Part shown: positions 13,201 to 26,597 of the stretch, in pieces | How the letters are laid out: each line of letters opens with the position of its first letter | Position numbering within the stretch: the stretch's first letter is position 1 | Source: Lama glama | Lineage: Eukaryota | Assembly: GCA_028534125.1 (NCBI GenBank) | Contig: CM052816.1 | Coordinates: 90,956,001-91,020,000 of the forward strand | DNA: 64,000 nucleotides | Direction of reading: 5' to 3' | The notes under the pieces: generated by a model | What the model was told of the DNA's origin: nothing | Databases searched by the model: none | The model's input: only the letters and a program-made list of their open reading frames with translations | Made by a program: the position numbers and the translations under genes

Positions 13201-13666
13201 AGTTCTTTCAACAGATAGTTTTTGAGTATCTGTGTGCTCTTGGGTGCATCTCTGCACAAAGCAAACAAAGGCTTTGGCCTCTTGGAGTAAATATTACCCC
13301 CGAAAGGAATCAAGGCTGGGCCAAAAGGAGCAGCTCTCCTTTTATTAGGAAGAAAAAATGTCAGTAGATTCGCCTTACATCTCCCTGGTCGTGGCTTCTC
13401 TGCTTGGTTCTAAGGCCAGCCTAGGGCCTGTGGCCGAGCTTCATTCCACAGGAAGTTAGGAGAATGAATATCTGGCAAAGGTGAATGGGTATGCAGGGTT
13501 GACTTACAATGATCTCGTTCCCAGGACAGCTGCCCTGAGTACAGTGGGAGCTCCACCAACAAGGGGTGGGTTCATGGGCTCCCCTGGAGAATAAAACTTT
13601 AGATGAGGAGTGCAGGGGCTGAAGATGGAAATAGAGAAATACAAAAACGTTTGGGTTTAAAAAACA

Positions 13667-13755
13667 TTTTTTTTTAGTGGAGGTACTAGGAATTGAACCC
13701 AGGATTTCACTCATGCTGAGCACGTGTTTCTGCCATTGAGCTATACCCACCCCCT
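13667..13755 (-). mobile_element. Vic-1-like SINE
   Basis: Poly-T then ggaggtactaggaattgaacccagg...gagctatacccacccc, the reverse complement of the 6222 element head. Confidence 0.85.
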
Positions 13756-15725
13756 CAAAATGTTTGGAGTGTGTCTTGTGTACAGTTCGGAGAACTTTTA
13801 ACAGATGCGATATCAGATTTTCTGAATAGGCACTTTATGCTTGTAACAGGTTTCAGGAAGGATTTCGATAAATAAACATTCCTTATCTGTTGAGCCTGAT
13901 TTGATGTTAAACAACAGAAAGGGAAGTAAGTTGAGTACTTCGTGCAAAATTAATAATGTTGTAAGAACAGTAGATTTGTATACCCATGGTTGTCAAGAAA
14001 TTTCTCATAAGCATTACCCAAAATTGACATTGGTACCTTCTAGAGCAGCTCTTCTCAAAATACATGTGGCAAAAGAGAAGTTCTTTGCTTTATTGCCAAT
14101 TCTTTGTGGAGTGGTACTTTTGAAAAACAGAATAAAAATGATGTGGCCATGTCATATTACTGTTAAAGTTCCTAAATGCTTACTCTCACTATCGGTGTCC
14201 ATCGCATCATGGACTGGCGCCTGTCACAAGCTGCATTTGGAGTCACATGCTCCTGGTTTTCCTACAAGACGGAAGAGCACAGAATCTAGACATAGGTCCT
14301 AGTGTGTGCCAGTCACGTGACCTAGGACCCGGCGCTCAAGTTGTATCCGATTCACGTCCTCTGTGTGTGTCATGGAATAATCTTCCTGGCTGGCCCACTT
14401 GCTTTAATAGGAGTTCTTTGAGATTTAATTAAGGTGATGAAAGTCCCTTGCAGAGAATCACCCATATTTAAATATTAGATACCATTATTTGTCGCTTCGC
14501 TTTTAATTCAGGAAGGAAACCATTGCTTCCTTTCAGTGTTGAGAATTAAATGCCAGCTCCACTTTTTTAGCCAACCAGGGGTCCCTTGTTGCAGGAACAC
14601 TCTGCCTTCTGTCTTCCCCAGGTGAGTAGCAGGGGGCGACCAAGGGAAAGCACCAGGTGCCTGGTCCCCAAGGGGGCCTGATGTACAGGTGCAAAGACCA
14701 GTCACTTTCTGTAGGGTTTCCTGGCCCAGGGGAGGCAGAGTGGGGGTGTCTGCCTCTGTTGTAGGCAGGAGAGGAGGCGGAACCCCAGCAGTGAGCAGTG
14801 TTCTGCACGCACAGCGGGCCAACGAGGGGAAGAGCCGCCAGAGCAGCAGGTGCGAGGGCCCTTGTTCAAAGCAGGAAACCGGAAAGGAATAAGAATGGAA
14901 GAAAGAAGCCATGGAGGAGGGGGGCTTGTATTCTTCTAACTCAAGGAAGCATTCGACCAAACGTTAAATACATGTGGTTTTCAGGCCATTGGTGGGGTTT
15001 GGAAACAAGTATGTGACGCGGTCACAAGGGCGGCTAAGACTCAAAAGAGGAAACGTCGTGCGGACCCAGTTAAAGGCAAAGTGCCTCGACTGAACTTGGG
15101 GAGCTGTTAGCTGTAGCCTTTCTAAGCGTTCACTTGCCAGGCTTGGGGGGAAACGGATGAGGATGTGTGTGTTCCCATTTTGGCCTGTTGAGTCTAACTT
15201 GATTACACATTCCCCCAATGGTGCTCTATTTCATCATTACTTTAGGTGCTGAAGATGCTGGGTGCAATGGCTTGTTAAAAGTAAAACAAATTCAGTGTCC
15301 TCGGAATCTTCTGGAGTGACTTTGGAAACGAAACAGGTTTATTAGGCAAATGAAATTACCATATTTTGAGAGTCATCAGGTGGCTGTTTCATCCTTTATT
15401 TGAAGTTAATGGAAATTCTTCACATCTAATTTTTTTGGTTAGAGTCATGGGCCTCATGAAAACTATTCATGAGGTCTCTTCTGTTTCACATTATTTGTGT
15501 GAGGATTGGGTTTCATATTTGAATAACGGATAATGTGTTCAATGAGAAGTAATGTTTGTGATTTGTCCCTAGGTAAGCCTTGTATTTAAATAGTCTGACA
15601 GTTCATTTGTATAAAAGATGCTCCGAGTATCAAACAAATGCAAGTAGAAAGGTAATGTTAAGCTTTGTTGTTCTTTCACTCTCCGAGTCCTTGCAGAGCC
15701 AGAGGTTCAGCCTAGTTTATTAGAG

Positions 15726-15985
15726 CAACGCTGTCCAGCAGAAATAAAACATGAGTCATGTATGTAACCAAAATTTTTCCAATAGCCACATTTCAAAGTG
15801 TAAAAAGAAATTAGTCTTTGTGAAATTAGTTTTAATAGTATATTTTAGCCTAACAAATCCAAAGTGTTACTTGACCACGTAATAAATTCCAGAATTATTA
15901 ATAACATATTTTGCATCTTATTTTTCCCTGTTGGTTTCTTAAAATCTGGCCTATAATTACCTTTAAGACACAATTCAGTTTGCAC
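15726..15985. mobile_element. MER33-like hAT element
   Basis: caacgctgtccagcagaaata...tttttccaatagccacatt...gtgaaattagttttaata. Confidence 0.6.
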
Positions 15986-16011
15986 TGTTTCCCTGACTTT
16001 CATTCTCCAAC

Positions 16012-16180
16012 ACAGGTGCTGGCGACCTTTTTCTGTAACTGGCAAGATAGACAATATTTTAGGCTTTGCCTCTGTCACGTGAAAGCAGTCATAATGTGTG
16101 GCAGTGTTCCAATAAAACTTTACTTACCAAACAGGTGGCAGGCCGGATGTGGCTCCAAGGCTGTCCTTTGCCAACCCCTG
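16012..16180. mobile_element. MER58A-like hAT element, internally deleted
   Basis: caggtgctggcgacc...aatattttaggcttt...gttccaataaaacttta...tttgccaacccctg. Confidence 0.7.
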
Positions 16181-16434
16181 CATTAACTGAATGTATTGTC
16201 TCATTTGAGTTTTAATCCTCAGAAGTTGATTTCTGTTTTGGCTTACAGTCTGCTACCAATATAACTATTGTGATGAATTTCATTCAGGAATATTGAGGGC
16301 AAATGTTCCGGGAAACAAACTCCATTGTTAAATAATGAATACTCTGGAAGGGCAGGAACGTCCCACCCCGCCTCCTGAACTTGCACCTTGCAGAAGAGCA
16401 GTGTAGCTAGCAGTTCTGGTGCAAGCTCAGCCCT

Positions 16435-16610
16435 CACTCTGGCCTGGCTCTGACTCGGAGGAGCTGTGTGACCCCAGATAAGTTAATTGACCTCTCTGTG
16501 CCTCAGGTTATACCTCTGTCAAACAAGGATGATGTTGATCTCTACCTCAGAGTTGCTAAAATCAAATAAAAGGGAGCATTGTAAAGTTAGCACAGTGCAT
16601 GGCACGTGGT
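16435..16610 (+). mobile_element. MIR SINE fragment
   Basis: MIR core gctgtgtgacc...ttgacctctctgtgcctcag...ctacctcagagttg. Confidence 0.65.
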
Positions 16611-16673
16611 CCTTGTACCTGTGAGCCTTCATCATTACTGCTGCTGCCACTGCTCGTGCTCATAGTGTTAGTA

Positions 16674-16718
16674 CCGCCGCCGCCGCCACCGCCACCACCA
16701 CCACCACCACCACCACCA
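16674..16718. repeat. Compound (CCG)n(CCA)n trinucleotide repeat
   Basis: ccgccgccgccgccaccgccaccaccacca... Confidence 0.9.
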
Positions 16719-18799
16719 TAGACTCATGAACACAGTCTAATATGGGCACCAGAACAGAAGCACATCAGCCACCAGGATCACAGCAGCTACTCACACAGCG
16801 TCACTGTGGACTAGAATTTGTGGGTAAGAAGAGGAGCTGCTTCGTTCTAGGGAGGCTTTGGCAGAACCTGCAGGGATTCTGATGTTAGGAGAAGTGGGTG
16901 CCGGCCGCTCCTCTGTCTTGGTAACTGCTGTGTGATGTGACTCAGATCACTCCCGTTCCTTGGACCTGTGAAAGATGAAGATGCTGGTGGCTCCCCTGCC
17001 CACCTCCCAGGGCGGGAGAGGTGAGCACACGACATGTGGAACGTACGGTGCCCTGCAGGTGTTAGCTGACAGCATTTCCTGAGTGGTTGCCTCTCTTCGC
17101 CTCACGTCACATGTTTCATTTGATCATCATGGGCTGATTTAATTCATAGGGTGGTTGTAAGGATTAAGAGACACTTGGAGAGTGTTTTAATTCATTGGTG
17201 GAAACATAGTCACTATTGAGTGAGTAGGGAGCTGCTATGTTCATTATTAAATTACTTTGACACAGCCTTTTATCATAACCTATCCCTTTAGGGTTCTGAC
17301 CATCATTTGGACTAGAAATATTAAGTGACCTTGTTACACAGTGTGACAGATAAACTGCCAGCGTTCCATGGTCTAATGCAGGAACATAATAGAAAATGGT
17401 CAGAATTAAATTGCTAGTTGGAGCCTTCTCATCAGTAATCAGTTTGACTGATTAAAGTGTGGAACTGATACTGACACTTTGTAAGAGCTGGGAGCCCGGG
17501 GGTCCGTGGTGTAATCATTTCATAGAACAAGAGCCTGTCTCACACGTAGGGCATGTTGGGAATCACGTTTCTTTAGAGGCAGGGCTTATACAGCTTCACC
17601 CTGGAGCGATCGCCTTCCTGTTCTCTGGGCTCCTGACTGCTGGCCATCAGAAGTACAGGACCGCATTCACTCTGAAACAAAGAGGATTCTTGGGGGGCCA
17701 GGGATGGAGGTGTTGACAGGAAGTGCTCTGGCGTGGGGGCGCCATTATTCCGCTTTATTTCCTTTCATTCAGCAAAAGCTAAATAGAAAACAGCAAATAG
17801 CAGAAACAACCTAAATGGTCCTCCGCAGGGAGCTGATTAAACGCATTCTGGTAATGACATACTGTGCGGCTGTGAAAAACACAGGCGATCCATGTGTCCT
17901 AACAGGGAGCGCTCCAGGATTACCTTGGGTGAACAGAGCAAAACATTGAATATGTTTTCATTTGCCTTTAAAAAAAAAAAGTGTGTTTATCTGTGTGTGC
18001 ATGTGCATGTCAGTATACATGCACACCCAGTCCTGCGTTTACACGTGCATAGAATACGATGACTGGAAGAAAACCCAGGAAACTGGCAAGAGTGGGTTTC
18101 TCCAGGAGAGCTGTTGGGTTTTCACTGAATATATTCTATTTCTGGTTTTAAAAAACCCACTTTTCCTGCATTATTCTCTCGTTGAATGATAGCTTAATGG
18201 AGAAAACAAAACAACTTTTCTCTCCCACTGTCTTTTACATCTGTCCTCATTAAACTCTGTGCTGAAAAGTGCCTTCATTACATCTTGAGCTGAACTATTC
18301 CCCATAGAAACACATTCCAGTTGTGTCACATAAGTAACTGAAAACACAGGTGGGGATTGATTGAGCTGTGTTTTGGGCTTGTTCTCTAGAAGCACATTTT
18401 GAGGACTCCTTGGACCTTGTGACTGGCATCCTTAAGAGTTGAGGTTAAACCAGCATCAGATTTGGGTTTTCCAGCTGCTGTTTTCATGACAGTAAATCAA
18501 CTCTAGTTGGATAGAATTAGTTTTATTAAGGTTTTCTTCCACCATCCGTTTATTCAGTTGTTCTATTCCCGTATAGATGTATAGCGGTTTCAGAATTGCT
18601 GGTCCATATGCGGGGAAACAACTTTATCAACTACAAAACCATACTCATCACATGGGACTCCTTTTGCCTTTAAGTCTTAAGACTGAAGAGACTCCATGTC
18701 CAAAGCTACTTGAGTTGCAGGTTTCCCCTGAGTCCTTCAGTGATGTTGTTTCACACATTTGTAACACATTCAGATTCTTTTGTGACCATCTGAGTGGTT

Positions 18800-20130
18800 T
18801 CCTGGGATCCTCCGAGGTTCATTCTTTTGCTGTAAAATTTTGCAGATTTGGACAAATGTATCATGTCACGCACCCACTGGTACAGCATCAGGTGGAACCA
18901 ATCTGAAATTTCCCGGCGCCTTACCTGTTCAGCCCTCCCCCGAGCTCCTAGCAACCTCTCATCTTTCTACCATCTCTATGGCTCTGCCTTACTCAGAATA
19001 CCATGTAATTGGAATCACATACATAGTGTATGTCTGTTTCAGAAAGTCTTCTTGCACTTAGCACTATGGATTTAAGATTCTTCCAAGTTTTGGGGGGGCT
19101 TGAGAGCTCTTTTTTAAAAAAAATCTGAATAATATTCCATTGAATGAATGTACTACAGTTTCTTTGTTTACCAACTGAAGGGCATCATGGTTGCTTCCAG
19201 CTTTGGATAATTATGAATAAAGGCTATGCTTTTGTGTGAGTATAAATGTTCAACTTAATTGAGTAGGTACAGTCAGCCTTCCTTATCCAAGGGTTTCACA
19301 TCTGGGAATCCAACCAACCTCAGATCAAAAATATTCAGGGGGAAAAATTTCCAGAAAGTTCCACAAAGTGAAACATGAATTTGCCATGTGCTGACAACTA
19401 TATGCATAACAGTTACATTGTATCTATAGCTATCTATGTAGCATTTACGTTGTATTAGGTATTGCAAGTAACCTAGAGATGATTTAAAGTATCCTGGAGG
19501 ATGTGTGTAGGCTATATGCAAATACTGCACCATTTAATGTAAGGAACTTGAGAATCCATGGATTTTGGTATCCCTGGGGTCCTGGAACCAATCTCCCATG
19601 GATACAAATGACTGTATCCAGGACTGTGGTTGCTGGTTGAAGTGTTAAGACTATGTCTAGCTTTAAGAAACTGTCTTCCAAATTGGCTGTATCACTTTGC
19701 ATTCAGCCAGCTGTGAATTAGGGTTCATGTTGCTCTGCATCCTTGCCAGCATTTGGTATTTTCAGTTTTCTGTATTAATCATCCTCACAGGTGTGTGGTG
19801 GCATGTCACTGTTTTCATCTGCAGTTTCCTAAGAGAACCGATGCTGTCTCTTTCCACATGCCTCTTAGCCATCCCTGTAGATTCTTTGATGATGTGTCTG
19901 CTCAGATCTTTTGTCTGTTTTAAAAATCGGGTGGTGTTTTTGTATTATTGAGTTTCAGGTATGCTTGATGACAGTCTTCTTCCAGCTATGTCGTTTTCAA
20001 ACATTTTCCCAGTGTGTTGCTTATCTTTTCATTGTCTTAACAGTGTCTTTCACAGAGAAGTTAATTTTCATGAGATCCAACTTAGCCGTTTTTCCTTTCA
20101 TGTGCTGTGTTTTTGATCTTGTTTCTAAGC
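18800..20130 (-). mobile_element. Old L1 (L1MB/L1MC-like) 3' fragment, split by the MER2-like insertion
   Basis: Antisense L1 3' sequence (ggttgcttccagctttggataattatgaataa; ttggctgtatcactttgcattc) continues on both sides of 19270-19614. Confidence 0.75.
19270..19614. mobile_element. MER2-like TcMar-Tigger MITE, 345 bp, TA target duplication
   Basis: TA|cagtc ... gactg|TA inverted termini; internal agtaacctagagatgatttaaagtat...ggctatatgcaaatact. Confidence 0.85.
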
Positions 20131-21646
20131 CATGGCCAGACAAGTCCATTGAAACAACTGTAAACAGAATCACGCTTTTATTTACACAGTACAGTCGGTT
20201 ATGTGGGTACGTATCTGAGGTTCAAGTCCAGTGGTCGGCAATTTAGTGAGAAATTCTTAAGATTCAGCTCCTGCCCTGAAGAAATTTATACTCTAATGAG
20301 GGATTCACATGGATGTGTCTGGTGGATATAAAAAAAAAATACATGCCAAGAGGAAGAGCATGGTCAAGATCAGATGGTACCAGTTGGATGCATCTGGAAC
20401 AGTTTTATTGGGGAGGGAGTATTTGAGAGACCCCGACAAGATCCATGGAACTCAGCATTTAAAAGATAGTGGGTGAGCATTTCAGGTGGAAAAGCTGGCT
20501 TCAGCTGAGAGGTAAAACAGGAGGTGGAGGTTTTAGTCAACAGCTGGACTTACCTCTAATTTGACTTAGATGTAGAGTACGTTGTGGGGGTGTATTGACT
20601 GGGAAGGTAGGTTGGAGCGTATTGTGAGGGCCTCGAATGTGAAATGGAAGCCTTTGTCTTAATTTGGCGTGTATTGGGAGTCTGTGAACAGGGCTATGAT
20701 ACGGCGAAGGCTGTGCCTTGGAAGGATTTCATGTGCACATGTCTAACCAGTTATGTTCAGAGTTTTCCTTTCTTGTGAAGTTGTTAGGGTTTGTGTGGAT
20801 CTGAGGTGAGCACTGCAGTTTCCACCTGTAGCAGAGCTTGGATTTCCTTGCTTTTTGATCCTGCTCAGCCGGGAGTGGGGTGGTTTGAAGGCTGTACTTG
20901 GTGAGTGAGAAAGTTCCACATTCCTATGATCAGACCCCCAGGACAGTGACAGCTTTGGCCAATCACATAACCACGTTGCTCCAGTTCCTCACCTGGGACG
21001 GGGTTGCCTCTTCTCCTGGGGAAATGTGTTTGTGCCTCTTTTCTCAAAATGTGAAACTTAGCAAGTAGCGACAATTGTGCCAAATGTTGACCAGCCCGGG
21101 AGTGAAATGACTGAGGTAAGTACAAAGAACCTTTGTCGATAGTTTAATTGGCTTTTATTTACTTTCCGTTTGAGGTCAGTCAAGGTCTGTTGCTGCTTTA
21201 GTAACCATGCTTTTGAAAACTGTTCAAAGCATCAGAAAACTGTCTGATACTTATTTAACTGCTTTTGAGAAGCTGATGCAGCAAAGACAGCAAATAAAGA
21301 TTCAGAGTCCTCATGTCTTAATTTTTTCATTAATTACTAAGAGGTCAGGACAAGAGTCCTGTCAGCATAGGGCCGCGAATGATATGTTTTTAGTGGAACA
21401 TTGTCGACTTTTGGTAAACTCATCTGTAATTTTTTGCCACTTAAATTTGATGAAGGGTTATCAAGCTGTTTAAAATTTGTTTGCTTGTTTGTATTTAAAG
21501 GTTGAATTAGGGTAAAGATATGTCCCATAATCATAATGCAAATACAGATATACCTAATATATCAGATTCTCTCTGTAATGCTAGTAGCTCTCCCATTTCA
21601 AAATGTTTACTTGTCAAAATGAAGACTCATGTGATGGTTTTACCCC

Positions 21647-22146
21647 NNNNNNNNNNNNNNNNNNNNNNNNNNNNNNNNNNNNNNNNNNNNNNNNNNNNNN
21701 NNNNNNNNNNNNNNNNNNNNNNNNNNNNNNNNNNNNNNNNNNNNNNNNNNNNNNNNNNNNNNNNNNNNNNNNNNNNNNNNNNNNNNNNNNNNNNNNNNNN
21801 NNNNNNNNNNNNNNNNNNNNNNNNNNNNNNNNNNNNNNNNNNNNNNNNNNNNNNNNNNNNNNNNNNNNNNNNNNNNNNNNNNNNNNNNNNNNNNNNNNNN
21901 NNNNNNNNNNNNNNNNNNNNNNNNNNNNNNNNNNNNNNNNNNNNNNNNNNNNNNNNNNNNNNNNNNNNNNNNNNNNNNNNNNNNNNNNNNNNNNNNNNNN
22001 NNNNNNNNNNNNNNNNNNNNNNNNNNNNNNNNNNNNNNNNNNNNNNNNNNNNNNNNNNNNNNNNNNNNNNNNNNNNNNNNNNNNNNNNNNNNNNNNNNNN
22101 NNNNNNNNNNNNNNNNNNNNNNNNNNNNNNNNNNNNNNNNNNNNNN
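21647..22146. other. Assembly gap (500 N)
   Basis: N run. Confidence 1.
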
Positions 22147-22784
22147 AATGCTACAATATAGGGCACATTCTCTGCCTGGATTCCATCGTAGTCTTTTTCC
22201 CAAAGAAGTTTCCAGCTCATCCCTTTGAGAATTACAGCCTCTGGAAATATGGCCCTGACTTTATAACATATCTGTAGGGAAATACAGTTCAGTGCATACA
22301 GGTCTGGTCCACATGCTAGCTTTTGGGAATGCAGAGCTCTTTGAGCTTTAATTGTTTGATTTAAGCCAATATTAAAACTGATTTGAACAACTCATTTAGC
22401 CTTGCTCACTTCCAGTTTCCTCATCCGCAAAACGGAATAATATTACTCATCTAACCCACCCCATTGGGTCTCTGTGCTCAAGTGCTGTGTGAGTTGAAGG
22501 CTTCCTGTGGGTACCTTGCACCCCTAGACAGGAGGACCTGGTCCCTGCAAGGCTGCCAAAAATCATTTGAAATTCTCTGTGTATAGTCAACAGTAGACCT
22601 TTGAGAGTAGAACAGTAAAATTCTTCTTTTTTAAAAAATTATTATTTTTAAGATTATGTATCTTATGGTTGTTACCTTAGACTGTAAAAATAATAGGTGC
22701 TCCTTATAGGAACTGAGACCTTTGTTGATTAACTATGAAGAATGATTCAAAAATTAAGGCAAAATAAAATACCTGGTTAACAAC

Positions 22785-22872
22785 TTTTTTTTTGAGGAGG
22801 AGGGAGGTTATTAGGTTTACTTATTTTTTTACTTAAATGGAGGTACTAGGACTTGTGCTATACTCTCCCCAC
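22785..22872 (-). mobile_element. Vic-1-like SINE with internal deletions
   Basis: Tail and ggaggtactagg present, B-box and middle missing; flanked by ttaaca on both sides. Confidence 0.7.
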
Positions 22873-24110
22873 CTTAACACTGACTGTTGAGAATTAAGTT
22901 TAACTTTGAGCTTCCTGGCAGCCAAGGCAAAGGGGGAAATACAATGCACTTTTCTACTGTGTTTTCTCTTTTAATCACTGTGTTTATTTTCTGTTTATTT
23001 TATCTTTCTTTAATCCCTTTTGGCATAAGGTACATAAGTAAGTTACGGTGAGTTACAGCAGTCATTTACAAATGTAGAGTCAGATATTTCTTCTAGAGAA
23101 TAATTTTCTCCCTTCATATCAAATTTTTAAAAAATTGATCTCATAGATGCATTTCAAGTGATAGTATGTAGCAGTGGATGATGACAGAGTGAAATAAGTC
23201 AGTTCTCAGCCAGCCCTACCTCCTTGTCTGGCTTGTTCTCTGCCCTCCGAATGACAAACAGAATGTGTGGTTCTCTTCAGAAGACTCCAAGGCGTGGAGA
23301 TGTTCTCACCTTAGTAATGGTGCTGGATTTCCCCAGTTTCACCATCACCCCTAATTTGGTTCCAGTCCCTGTAGTGCTTAACATGTGTGTGACCTGCCAT
23401 CAGAGAACAGGGAAGTTTCTTCTTCCCACAATCCTGGCTGGCCCCCGCCGGACCCCACCAGCCTCTGGGTGGTAGATGGAATCCCCCCAACGCCCAGGCT
23501 CTTCTCAGGATCCTGGGTTGGTTTCTGTGAGATCTCCCAAATGCTGAAAAGCATTAGAACTTCACTGGCCCACAGATAATGAACTCATTTTATTTTCTTT
23601 AATTAAATAAGCACAGGTTGAATGTGCCCTTGCCATGGACAGATGACCAGTTCCAAGTCCACTGTCACACTTCTAATTGTCTCCGTGCAACACTGATGAC
23701 ATTACGGAGAGCTAGGTAGTGTTCGGGGTAAGCAGATTCATGAATGCATAAATGCATTTCTTTCTCTGCATTGTAAAGCACCTCCCCTGTCCTGTGTCTC
23801 TGTTTGTCAGCACCTCTGTTGCCCTTTATTTAGATTTTAAGCTGCAGAAGCGTAATTTAAGCTGCAAAAACCGTAATTGATTTTTGTGGTGGGCTTAGCG
23901 TGCTCTGTTATCCATCATTTGTTTTGTCTAGGCATTCTAAAATCTTATTTTTTTCAAATCAGGGGGGAAAGTGCTTGTAATTTTTTGGTAGAATTACATT
24001 ACCTGAAGCTAAATATATTTAATCCCATCTCTAGGTTGCAAACTTTCTCTTGCATCCATCCCTTTTTGTCTGTTTTAAATGCCCCTGTGTCAGGCTGGTT
24101 TTTACAGTAC

Positions 24111-24566
24111 TTTTCTTTTAAAGCTTTATTGACATAGAAATCACATACATACAGTTGACTCACTGAAAGTGTACAGTTTCAGCGGTTTTTCGTGTATTCA
24201 CCGATACGTGCAACCATCACCTCACGCACTTAGAACATTTTCATTACCTCAAAAAGAAATGCCCTTACCTCTTGGCTTGCCACCCCTCTGTATCTGCGTC
24301 CCCTCCACCAGCCCTGGGCAGACACCTCTCTACTTCCTGTCCCTGTAGATTTCCTGTCCTGGACCTTTCATATGAGTGGAATCATGTAACACGTGGTCTT
24401 TTGTAACTGGCCTCTTTCACTTAGTATAATGTTCTCAAGGCTCATCCATGTTGTAGCCTGTATCAGTGCTTCGTTTTTTATGGCCAAATAATACACCATT
24501 GTGTGGACATGTGGCATATTTTGTTGACCCACTCATCAGTTGATGGACATGTGGGTTGTTTCCACT
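24111..24566 (-). mobile_element. L1MB-like 3' end
   Basis: gctttattgacatag...aagtgtacag...gtgcaaccatcacc...catccatgttgtagc...gatggacatgtgggttgtttccactt. Confidence 0.8.
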
Positions 24567-25604
24567 TTAAAGTGCCCTTACAGTGGCATCTCCCCTGGTC
24601 TCTGCTTCTCTTCCCCCCATTTCCACCCTATACCATGCAGGACTTCTAGAATCTATCCTGTGTTTGGGTTTTTGTTTGTTTTTTTTTTTGTAAAAATACT
24701 ATTATTTAAATGTCTTCAAAGACATATAGTCATATAGAAATTTTTCACATTGTATATGTATGATTATTTCCTTCTTTTAGTGGAGTCAAATTTCCCCCTG
24801 TTTTTCTTAGCTTTTTCTTCTTCCCACCCCTCATAGCAGTGCCCCCCCCAACTCAAAGCGACCTGGCCTGTCTCCTCCTATCCTTTTCTGTGCAGGTGTA
24901 TTTAGAGGTATATATTCATGGACGTGTACATAAACAGAGCAGGTGGGTTTTTTCGATGGGGTCATGTTTGATTTACAGCAAGATTGTTATACATACTTTC
25001 CTGTGTCTTGTTTTTCTGCACCTTGCAAAAGGCTTGGGGAGTTAACTGGTGCGTCTTTAATTTGGTCTTACTTTTTAATGACCGTGTAACATTTTGTGAT
25101 ATGCATGATACCAAAATATACCCAGCTATTTCTCTTGTCCTGGTTCTAGTTTTGCTGCCGCTGACAAGGGAATCCTTCTTCAGCACAGCTCTGATCCCCG
25201 GTGGGGAGCTCTTGATCTAGTGGCATCAAACTTGAGTGTGGTGGCCACTGTCACCCTGGGTCCCTCCCTCCCACCTCTGTTCTGTCCCAGACTAACTACC
25301 AAACATGCCAGCTTCTTTTTTCTGACTCTTGGCTTTTGTACATGCTATGTTCTCTGTGTAGAATGTCCCTTCCGCTCCAGCAGAGAATAATAATTGTGAG
25401 AGTCCAAACTCTGGGTCAGACCTGGGTTCAAATTCACGTGCCCCATACTGCCTCAGTACTTTTCTTTCCTTCGTGGTCCCAAGGAACATAATTTTGATTT
25501 TCAGCATGGTTTTATTTTAGGCTGTCTACTATAGAAGTGATGATGCTTGGCATACTTGTCGCCTTCCTGAATCTCAGGGTCCTTGGAAGCAGAATCAGCC
25601 CTGT

Positions 25605-25951
25605 GAGGCTATGCATCTAAAGGGGCGGAGGGTATAAGGGAAATCTCTGTACCCTCCTCTCAATTTGCTGTGAACCAAAAACTCCTCTTTGAAAAAAAAA
25701 AAAAACTGTGGAGACAGTAAAAATATGACTGGCTGCCAGGAGTTGCGGATAGGTGGAGATGAGTAAGCAGAGAATTTTTACGGCAGCATAACTGTATGAT
25801 GCTTTGATGGTGGACACGCCATTACACATTCATCAGAACCCACAGAATGCACAGCACCAAGAGTGAACCCTAAAATCAGCTATGGCCTTTGGGTGATTAT
25901 GACATGTCTGTGGAGCTCCATCAGTTGTCTGAATGTCCTGCTCTGGGGATG
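25605..25951 (+). mobile_element. L1MC-like 3' UTR fragment, two parts in apparently swapped order
   Basis: Terminal part with poly-A (25605-25705) precedes the part that normally lies upstream (25706-25951). Confidence 0.7.
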
Positions 25952-26597
25952 AGGGGGTTGAGTTCAGACAGAGAAGAATCCATCCCTCCCCACTTTTTTT
26001 TTTTTTTTTTTGCCCTGGATGTGAATCACAAGATCTTGGCACCTAGTAGGTGTTCAATAATTTAAAATTCAGTAACTGGATAAAGACCAGACTCCTGAAA
26101 CTATAAGTGCCCCGGTTTATGGCTGTTTCTTCCAAAATCCACCTATCTGTCAGCCATCAGAATTTCACTGTTTGACACTGCAGGCAGTCTTTGAAGGGGG
26201 AGCTCCAGTTCTGGAAAACTGGTCACCGGTGGAGACTGGAGTGCATGAGGGAAGTTTAAAAGGCCACATGCCTTTAAGTTGTGACTGGTCCAGCCTCCAG
26301 CTGTGTCATCTGTGAACATTAAATTCACCCAGAAGAAAAGGAAGTTGAAACTAAAAAGAGCCCCACCAATGGAAATACAGGACTCCTCCCTTGTGATCGC
26401 CCTGTGCGTTGCCCAAGGCGACAATCTGCCTATAGATCCCCCTTCCCCTGGTTAAATTTCTGTGAAGGGGCAGAAACACAGTCACAATGGGAGCCTGGAA
26501 AGAGTGGCCACTCCTGGCGGCTCCCTCCCTCCCTCCCCTCCCGGGCTGTATGAAATCCTACAACCACACCACACTAATTAGCCCGAGAATGGAAGGG

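Noticed and set aside
15452..15474. Hairpin cctcatgaa-aacta-ttcatgagg
   Set aside because: A 9-bp stem is too short for a miRNA precursor and plausible by chance
21520..22277. Long ORFs of 187-224 aa in the ORF track
   Set aside because: Artefacts of translating the 500-N gap
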